Below, piece after piece: positions 58,286 through 64,000 of a stretch of 64,000 bases of DNA. A program made the translations under genes and the position numbers. Location: assembly GCA_001773725.1 (NCBI GenBank), contig MEXP01000020.1, forward strand, positions 102,767 through 166,766, read 5' to 3'. The first letter of the stretch is position 1. The number at the start of each line of letters is the position of its first letter. Under the pieces are notes generated by a model that was not told the DNA's origin, ran no database searches, and worked only from the letters and a program-made list of their open reading frames with translations. The DNA comes from Candidatus Amesbacteria bacterium RIFCSPLOWO2_01_FULL_49_25. Its GTDB lineage: Bacteria > Patescibacteriota > Microgenomatia > CAZETR01 > Amesbacteraceae.

Positions 58286-59624
58286 GCCGCGCCAGTAATA
58301 CCTCTCTCTCGTTAATCAGTTTTTTCTCTACTACCTCCTCAAACACCATTTGCAAACATTTACCCACCACCGGCCCCGGCGACACTTTTTTAACCCTTAT
58401 CACATCATGACCGTCAATTTTCAAATCGGGTATAGAAAAAGGCTGTTGCTGGACTAGTGTGATTCTTTTTTTGAATTCTTCCGTTCGCCAACTGGTCATT
58501 TTGGCCCCACTCCCCAATCGATCGGCGGTTCTCAGAGCTAGCATCTCGTCGATATTGTCTTTTCCTACGTTTACGATAAATCTTCTCACTGCCGCGTCAG
58601 TCTGGAACTCATTCACCGTAAATTGATGCCATCTCACCAGCCTCACCAGCAAGTCTTTCTGTTCATTAGAAAATCTCAGTCTGTCGGCGATTGTTCTAGC
58701 AATTTTAGCCGACTCCATTTCGTGGTTATAAAAAGTTATTCGCCCGTCTGGAAATATTTTTTGAGTTCTCACTTTACCCGCATCGTGAATTAGTGTTGCC
58801 AATCTGGTTATCGGATTCGGACTCTGGCAGTTACGCAGACTCTCCACACTGTGCGTTCCCACGTCATAGGTATGATGTCTTCCGGGACTTTTTTGCTCAA
58901 CCCCGAAAGCTTGCTCCACTTCAGGCAGTATCACAGCTCCCAGGCCGCAGTTACGAAGTACCAGATACCCGTCCGCCGGATAATCACTGGCCATAATCTT
59001 AAGTAACTCATCTCGTATTCTTTCCCACGCAATATGCTGAATCTGACTTGCCTTTGCCTTTATTGCCTTCAACGTAGTTTCTTCAATTGAAAATTGAAGT
59101 TGGGCCGCCAATCTCACCGCCCTCATCATTCTCAAAGCATCTTCCTCAAATCTTTCTTCCGGGTTGCCTACAGCCCGGATCAATTTATTCTTCAAATCTT
59201 CCAACCCGCCATGTAAATCAATAACCTCAAACGACTGGTCTCCCAATCTCTTTAAAGCTAGGGAGTTAACCGTGAAATCCCTTCTTTTCAAATCTTCTTC
59301 CAGCGTTTTTCCCCACGTCACCTTATCCGGATGTCTGCTGTCGCTATATCCATGCTCAGTTCTAAAAGTCGTAATCTCATAAGATCTTCCATCGGGGTTC
59401 TTTACTCCCACTGTCCCGTATTTATTATCATAAAAAGCCTCATCGCCGAATAATTTTAATATTTCATCAGGAACTGCGTTCGTTGAAAAATCCCAGTCAT
59501 AAAGATCTTTTTTAAGCAAAACGTCTCTTACTAAGCCGCCCACAATATATATCTCATGTCCCGCCTTCTCAAATTTATTCAGAATTTCGGATACCTGCTC
59601 GGGAACATTGAGGGATATATTCAT
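58263..59624 (-). CDS. cca: CCA-adding tRNA nucleotidyltransferase (head domain plus HD domain)
   Basis: IVGGLVRDVLL...DWDFST (GG-RD-DxD head), and a later HD domain (HDAGK). The likely start is M53 of the track ORF (MNISLNVPEQVSEIL), which avoids overlap with recJ. Confidence 0.8.
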   Translation of the reverse strand: MNISLNVPEQVSEILNKFEKAGHEIYIVGGLVRDVLLKKDLYDWDFSTNAVPDEILKLFGDEAFYDNKYGTVGVKNPDGRSYEITTFRTEHGYSDSRHPDKVTWGKTLEEDLKRRDFTVNSLALKRLGDQSFEVIDLHGGLEDLKNKLIRAVGNPEERFEEDALRMMRAVRLAAQLQFSIEETTLKAIKAKASQIQHIAWERIRDELLKIMASDYPADGYLVLRNCGLGAVILPEVEQAFGVEQKSPGRHHTYDVGTHSVESLRNCQSPNPITRLATLIHDAGKVRTQKIFPDGRITFYNHEMESAKIARTIADRLRFSNEQKDLLVRLVRWHQFTVNEFQTDAAVRRFIVNVGKDNIDEMLALRTADRLGSGAKMTSWRTEEFKKRITLVQQQPFSIPDLKIDGHDVIRVKKVSPGPVVGKCLQMVFEEVVEKKLINEREVLLARLEEIDGD

Positions 59625-59645
59625 AGGAACTGTTAGAATCTTACC

Positions 59646-61235
59646 ATGACCGAATTTGAAATTATCCAAAAACTTCTGGCCAATAGGGGACTGACGACCA
59701 AAGAAACCGTTGAAGAATTCTTTCACCCCGCCCATCCCAAAGACATTTCTTCTCCATTCGACTCTAAATCCGCAATTCAATTAATTAAATCGCATATCAA
59801 ATCCGGTAACAAAATATATATTTATGGCGACTACGACGTGGACGGCATCTGCGCCACCGCCATTTTGTGGGAAACATTGTATCCCCAATACCAAAACGTT
59901 TTCCCCCATATTCCCCATCGTCGTGATGAAGGCTATGGCCTGTCCCAAAAGGGGATAGACCACTGTTTGGAACAAGGGGCCAAATTAATCATCACCGTCG
60001 ACAACGGCATTACTGCCCTCGATCAGGTTAAATACTGTCGGGATAAAGACTGCGACATCATCATTATCGATCACCACGAACCGGCGGACACTCTCCCTCC
60101 CGCCAACGAGGTTTTATATTCATCAGATACGTGCGCCGCCGGTCTCACCTGGTTCTTCTGTCGCGACTTCACTAGAACCTGTGACCTAAAACCTAATCCC
60201 TCTCTTTTAGAACTCGTAGCCTTAGCCACCATCTGCGACATCGTTCCCCTTTTGGGGACCAACCGCAGCTTCGCCAAATTTGGCCTGGAAGAGCTCAACC
60301 GCACCGCCCGCCCCGGACTCCTCGCCCTCTTCAAAGAGGCCAATCTAATTTCCAACTCCCTAACCCCCTATCACGTCGGTTTCATCATCGGACCCAGACT
60401 AAACGCCGCAGGTCGCCTGGAACATGCTCTGGACTCTCTCCGCCTCTTATGCATCCGTGATCCTCAAAAAGCCGAAAGTCTGGCCAACAAGCTCGGAGAA
60501 ACCAACCGCACCCGCCAGGATCTGACCCGATCTTCAGTTGAGCATGCTTTTTCTCAAATAAACCTCACCAGCGTTATAGTTACCGCACACGAATCTTTCG
60601 ATGAGGGAATTATTGGTCTGATTGCCGCCAAGCTAGTCGAAAAACACCACCATCCCGCTATTGCCATTAGTATTAGGCCAACCATTTCCAAAGGCTCTGC
60701 CAGGTCCGTACCCGGTTTTCATATCACCGAGCATTTACGTACAGCTTCTCATTTGCTAGTCAACGTAGGCGGTCACGCCATGGCCGCCGGCTTCACCGTC
60801 GAAACGTCTCAGATCCAAGAATTAATATCCCATATCTCCAATCCCGATATCTCCCCCGACCTCTTAATCAAAAAACCCCGCGTCGACTGTGAAATCTCGC
60901 TGGAGCAAATTAACTTAGACTTGTATTCTCAACTTAAATTGTTTGAGCCGTATGGTCTCGGCAATCCCACCCCGGTCTTTCTTACCAAAAACGTGACCAT
61001 TTCAAACCCCCGTCACATCGGCAAACAAAATCAGCACCTGAAATTCAACATAAACGGCCTCGAAGCCATTTACTTTAACCCTCCCTCTCCTGAATTGAGG
61101 AGAGGGGCCGGGAGTGAGGTTGACTTAACTTACCAAATCGACCTCAATACCTGGAACGGCCAATCCAGGCTGCAGCTCATCGTCAAAGACATTCAGGCTC
61201 AGGATTCAAATTACGACGTTCGCAGAGATTTATAA
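59646..61235 (+). CDS. recJ: Single-stranded-DNA-specific exonuclease RecJ (core only, no C-terminal OB domain)
   Basis: DHH motifs (IYIYGDYDVDGICATAIL; IIIDHH) and DHHA1 (GGHAMAAGF); 529 aa. Confidence 0.85.
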   Translation: MTEFEIIQKLLANRGLTTKETVEEFFHPAHPKDISSPFDSKSAIQLIKSHIKSGNKIYIYGDYDVDGICATAILWETLYPQYQNVFPHIPHRRDEGYGLSQKGIDHCLEQGAKLIITVDNGITALDQVKYCRDKDCDIIIIDHHEPADTLPPANEVLYSSDTCAAGLTWFFCRDFTRTCDLKPNPSLLELVALATICDIVPLLGTNRSFAKFGLEELNRTARPGLLALFKEANLISNSLTPYHVGFIIGPRLNAAGRLEHALDSLRLLCIRDPQKAESLANKLGETNRTRQDLTRSSVEHAFSQINLTSVIVTAHESFDEGIIGLIAAKLVEKHHHPAIAISIRPTISKGSARSVPGFHITEHLRTASHLLVNVGGHAMAAGFTVETSQIQELISHISNPDISPDLLIKKPRVDCEISLEQINLDLYSQLKLFEPYGLGNPTPVFLTKNVTISNPRHIGKQNQHLKFNINGLEAIYFNPPSPELRRGAGSEVDLTYQIDLNTWNGQSRLQLIVKDIQAQDSNYDVRRDL

Positions 61236-61429
61236 ACAGCCGGCCCAAACTGTGCCTCATATGGAACCCCAGGGCGTAGTGCTCCTACAGCCGCAGGCCC
61301 TAAAAGAGACATAGCCGCACTAGCTTCTTTCTCTCGTGCCTTTCTTTGCTCTTCAGCTAATGCCGCAGCCGCTTCTCTTTGCTTCACATAATCGCCAACT
61401 GTTCTTGTTGGTTGAGTTTCATTTGCCAT
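61211..61429 (-). CDS. Hypothetical small protein (72 aa) with a perfect 12-nt Shine-Dalgarno
   Basis: On the minus strand, TAAGGAGGTGAT lies 6 nt upstream of ATG. Product MANETQPTRTVGDYVKQREAAAALAEEQRKAREKEASAAMSLLGPAAVGAL..., Ala/Glu-rich with no family assignment. Confidence 0.35.
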   Translation of the reverse strand: MANETQPTRTVGDYVKQREAAAALAEEQRKAREKEASAAMSLLGPAAVGALRPGVPYEAQFGPAVYKSLRTS

Positions 61430-61450
61430 TTAGACTATCACCTCCTTACA

Positions 61451-61477
61451 TAAAAAAACCTCCCTTTTCGGGAGGTT
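61451..61477 (-). terminator. Hairpin AAACCTCCC-TTTTC-GGGAGGTTT with a 7-nt U-run on the minus strand, immediately upstream of the small ORF's SD
   Basis: Perfect 9-bp stem. On the plus strand it is preceded by A7, so on the minus strand it is followed by U7. Its position suggests an attenuator rather than a terminator for an upstream gene, since none is present. Confidence 0.45.
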
Positions 61478-61667
61478 TGAAAGTTTATTTAACTTCTTTC
61501 TTTCTTACCTCCCACACATGCTCCAAATCTGGCGCACATGAGAGCAGTCCTTAAGAAGTACTGCCACAGGGGTAAAAAAAGATTGGCCTAACATTGCCCT
61601 AATTTTAGACCCTTGGTTTACAACTTGTCAAGCTGTAGAATCGGAGTCACTTCAACCCCACAATTTT

Positions 61668-62963
61668 ATGACCAGAACCCTCATTACTGACACCGTATCC
61701 CGGGTAGGGGAGACTGTATTGGTTAAAGGCTGGGTCAATACTAGGCGTGATCATGGCCAGATCGTCTTTATCGATTTGCGCGATCGCACCGGGTTACTCC
61801 AAATAGTAACCCGCCCTGAGCTTGCCGAAGGGCTTCACGCTGAAGATGTTATCTATGTTGTCGGCACTGTTGCCAAGCGTCCGGAAAAACTAATCAACCC
61901 CAAACTCCCGACGGGTACTGTGGAAGTTCAGGCGGAAAAAGTTGAGCTCATCTCAAAATCCGCCGAGCTGCCCTTCGACATGGGCAGCCCCACCCTGAAT
62001 CTTGAGTTACCAACTCTTTTGGATCATCGCTCTCTTACCTTACGCCATCCAAAAGTTCAAACCATTTTTCAGGTCCAAGCGTCATTGGTTGAAAATTTCC
62101 GTCAAGCCGCCAAAGGTATTGGTTGCATAGAAATTTTCCCCCCCACCATATCCACCTCAGCCACCGAAGGCGGAGCGGATGTTTTGCCGGTCGATTATTT
62201 TGGTCACTCGGCCTTTCTTGTCCAAAGTCCTCAACTCTACAAACAAATGCTGGTCGGGGTCTTCGAACGCGTATTTATAATCACTCATGTTTACCGGGCC
62301 GAACCATCGGTTACCACTCGTCACTTGGTAGAGTCCATCCAAATGGACTGCGAAATTGGTTTTATAGACTCTTTTTCAGAACTTCTGGATGCCATGGAAA
62401 CCGTTTTTTCCCAAACTATCGAAAATACCCAGAATCAGTTTGAAGTCCAACCCAGTCTGGTTACCAACAAAATTCCCCGTCTTACCATGCGCGAAGCCCA
62501 AAAAATTATCCAAGACCGAACCGGTGTCGATCATACGAAAGAACCGGACCTTATGCCCGAGGATGAACGGGAAATTTGTGCCTGGGCCAAGGAAACCCAT
62601 CAATCGGATCTGGTGACCATTACTCATTTCCCCACCCGCAAACGCGCTTTTTATTCTCTCCCCGACCCAGATAACCCCGAATACTCCTTAAGCTACGACT
62701 TGTTGTACAAAGGATTAGAAATTAGCAGCGGCGCACAAAGAATCCATGATCTCGACCAATTGAAACAGACTATTATTGACCGGGGAATGGATCCAGCTGG
62801 TTTTGCCATGTATCTTCAGGCCTTCGAATACGGCATGCCCCCCCATGGCGGCTTCTCGTTCGGCTTGGAACGATCCACCATGAAACTTTTGGACCTGGGA
62901 AATATTCGTGAAGCCTCTCTCTTCCCCCGAGACACGGAACGGGTAGATTTCAGACTGTCATGA
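61668..62963 (+). CDS. aspS: Aspartyl-tRNA synthetase, archaeal/eukaryal-type class IIb (no GAD insertion); AsnRS not excluded
   Basis: N-terminal OB fold (VLVKGWVNTRRDHGQIVFIDLRD), QSPQLYKQML, motif 2 (VYRAEPS...RH), motif 3 (GGFSFGLERSTMKLL); 431 aa. Confidence 0.7.
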   Translation: MTRTLITDTVSRVGETVLVKGWVNTRRDHGQIVFIDLRDRTGLLQIVTRPELAEGLHAEDVIYVVGTVAKRPEKLINPKLPTGTVEVQAEKVELISKSAELPFDMGSPTLNLELPTLLDHRSLTLRHPKVQTIFQVQASLVENFRQAAKGIGCIEIFPPTISTSATEGGADVLPVDYFGHSAFLVQSPQLYKQMLVGVFERVFIITHVYRAEPSVTTRHLVESIQMDCEIGFIDSFSELLDAMETVFSQTIENTQNQFEVQPSLVTNKIPRLTMREAQKIIQDRTGVDHTKEPDLMPEDEREICAWAKETHQSDLVTITHFPTRKRAFYSLPDPDNPEYSLSYDLLYKGLEISSGAQRIHDLDQLKQTIIDRGMDPAGFAMYLQAFEYGMPPHGGFSFGLERSTMKLLDLGNIREASLFPRDTERVDFRLS

Positions 62964-63898
62964 AGCGGATAAAGAAAAAAATAAAAAAAATCCGGATCCA
63001 GTCAGCATTTATCCTTGGCTTGATTGGCTCTGGAACCCTACTAATAGGGATCCTTTCATTGCTTATCTTTTCCGCTTCTCCAGTACCTTCCCCCATCACC
63101 TATAACGACAGTCCCCAGCCGACCCCCGCCCCCACCTCTGCCCCCGCTCCTCGGCCGGTATTGAATTCCGCCCTGCCTCAAATCACCGCCGGCCACGTCA
63201 TCATTTTAGACCGTGATTCTCAAACCGTTTTATACCAAAACCAGGCCGACACTCCCGTTCCTCCAGCTTCCACTACCAAAATTATGACAGCGCTGGTGGT
63301 TCTGGAGAACTTGCCCTTAAATCGTCAAATAACCGTCACCAGTTCATTTACCGATGGTCAAGTTGCCGGGTTTTTACCCGGGGAAACTTTTACCGTAGAA
63401 CAATTGCTCTATGCCATGTTGGTCCAATCTGCCAACGACGCGGCCGAAACTCTCGCAGAAAACTTCACCGGGGGCAGAATATCTTTCATAGCCGCCATGA
63501 ACGCCAAAGCCAAAAGCCTCCACCTTTACAACACCAATTTTATCAATCCCACCGGCCTGGATGAGGACAATCACTACTCATCCGCTTCAGACCTGGCCCG
63601 TCTGGCAGATGTCGCGATGAAAAATCAAGAATTCTCCCGCATCGTTGCGACCGAAAATACAGTTTTACCGGGAAATCATGTTTTCACCAACGTCAATGAG
63701 CTTTTAAGCAAGGTCCCCGGAGTCCTGGGGATAAAAACCGGATTTACCGACAATGCCGGCCAAGCTCTAGTCACTTTGGTAAACCAGGGCCACACTTTAA
63801 TCATCGTGGTCTTAAAAAGTACAGATCGCTTCGACGACACTCAAAAATTGATTCGCTGGGCCTACTCTAGCTTCACTTGGACTCCTCCAGGTACTTAG
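62960..63898 (+). CDS. D-alanyl-D-alanine carboxypeptidase (S11 / PBP5-like)
   Basis: N-terminal TM, then SxxK (ASTTK), SxN (SAND) and KTG (KTGFT) motifs. Confidence 0.8.
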   Translation: MKRIKKKIKKIRIQSAFILGLIGSGTLLIGILSLLIFSASPVPSPITYNDSPQPTPAPTSAPAPRPVLNSALPQITAGHVIILDRDSQTVLYQNQADTPVPPASTTKIMTALVVLENLPLNRQITVTSSFTDGQVAGFLPGETFTVEQLLYAMLVQSANDAAETLAENFTGGRISFIAAMNAKAKSLHLYNTNFINPTGLDEDNHYSSASDLARLADVAMKNQEFSRIVATENTVLPGNHVFTNVNELLSKVPGVLGIKTGFTDNAGQALVTLVNQGHTLIIVVLKSTDRFDDTQKLIRWAYSSFTWTPPGT

Positions 63899-64000
63899 GA
63901 TCCACCGCCTGGACATAGGCAAAAAAGTCCTCGTCTCCCTCAAACACAAAAACCGGCTGTACAAAAGCTTGCAGATCGTCGGACTCGTAATAAGCCAGGC
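63873..64000 (-). CDS. Partial ORF (C-terminal end only) running off the right edge
   Basis: Minus-strand frame reads ...LAYYESDDLQAFVQPVFVFEGDEDFFAYVQAVDPKYLEESK*; no family assignment. Confidence 0.25.
   Translation of the reverse strand, partial: LAYYESDDLQAFVQPVFVFEGDEDFFAYVQAVDPKYLEESK

Noticed and set aside
61428-61441. CTATCACCTCCTTA on the plus strand resembling the 3' end of 16S rRNA (GGATCACCTCCTTA), a possible rRNA fragment
   Set aside because: Only 12 nt match and there is no surrounding 16S sequence. It is the reverse complement of a strong Shine-Dalgarno (TAAGGAGGTGAT) for the minus-strand small ORF.
1-64000. CRISPR arrays, IS elements/transposases, integrases, rRNA genes
   Set aside because: No direct-repeat/spacer periodicity, no DDE/tyrosine recombinase-like ORFs and no rRNA-like conserved blocks were seen on either strand.

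Overview
This 64 kb window is densely packed, almost entirely housekeeping, and looks like a streamlined bacterial genome (about 50% GC by eye, with many 1-20 nt gaps or overlaps between genes). Several essential proteins are domain-minimal: a 461-aa IF2, a 638-aa AlaRS, a 529-aa RecJ and a 380-aa RNase Y. That pattern fits a small-genome, Patescibacteria/CPR-like lineage; this is an inference, not a database result.

I call about 75 features.
- Minus strand, left edge: fusA (truncated by the window edge), then a three-gene envelope locus: a GT2 processive synthase, a GT-C(PMT/ArnT-like)::GH8 fusion, and a Thr/Pro-rich secreted protein.
- Plus strand, 7.3-21.6 kb: dnaJ-like, nusA, infB, a degenerate DHH-like ORF, rpsO, pnp, a Lon-derived AAA+ ATPase with no protease domain, an HD hydrolase, a YecM/VOC-like protein, a family-4 UDG, rnj, ftsK, and a RodZ-like protein.
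- 22-28.7 kb: a low-GC, Cys-rich VWC-like secreted ORF; alaS; an actin-like/TM protein; a sortase; ruvX; mltG.
- 28.8-39.9 kb: a fused transcription/ribosomal block, rpoB-rpoC-rpsL-rpsG-rpsD-rpoA-rplQ-rplM-rpsI-tRNA-Pro(GGG).
- 39.9-51.9 kb: a run of membrane proteins (DUF1189-like, RDD, polytopic, RDD); recA-recX-rny; hup; a duplicated ABC-2 module (two permeases, an ATPase, two more permeases); miaA; an AI-2E transporter.
- 51.9-64 kb: a reduced RNase P RNA (rnpB) on the minus strand; small membrane and zinc-ribbon ORFs; a DEDD exonuclease; a DUF3048 protein; a wHTH ORF plus an AbrB/MazE-like ORF; secD, secF; a methyltransferase; cca; recJ; aspS; a D-Ala-D-Ala carboxypeptidase.

I found no CRISPR array, transposase or rRNA.

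The most unusual items are, in order:
- the GT2 + GT-C::GH8 + T/P-rich protein locus;
- the protease-less Lon ATPase;
- the compositionally atypical VWC-like ORF;
- the reduced rnpB.
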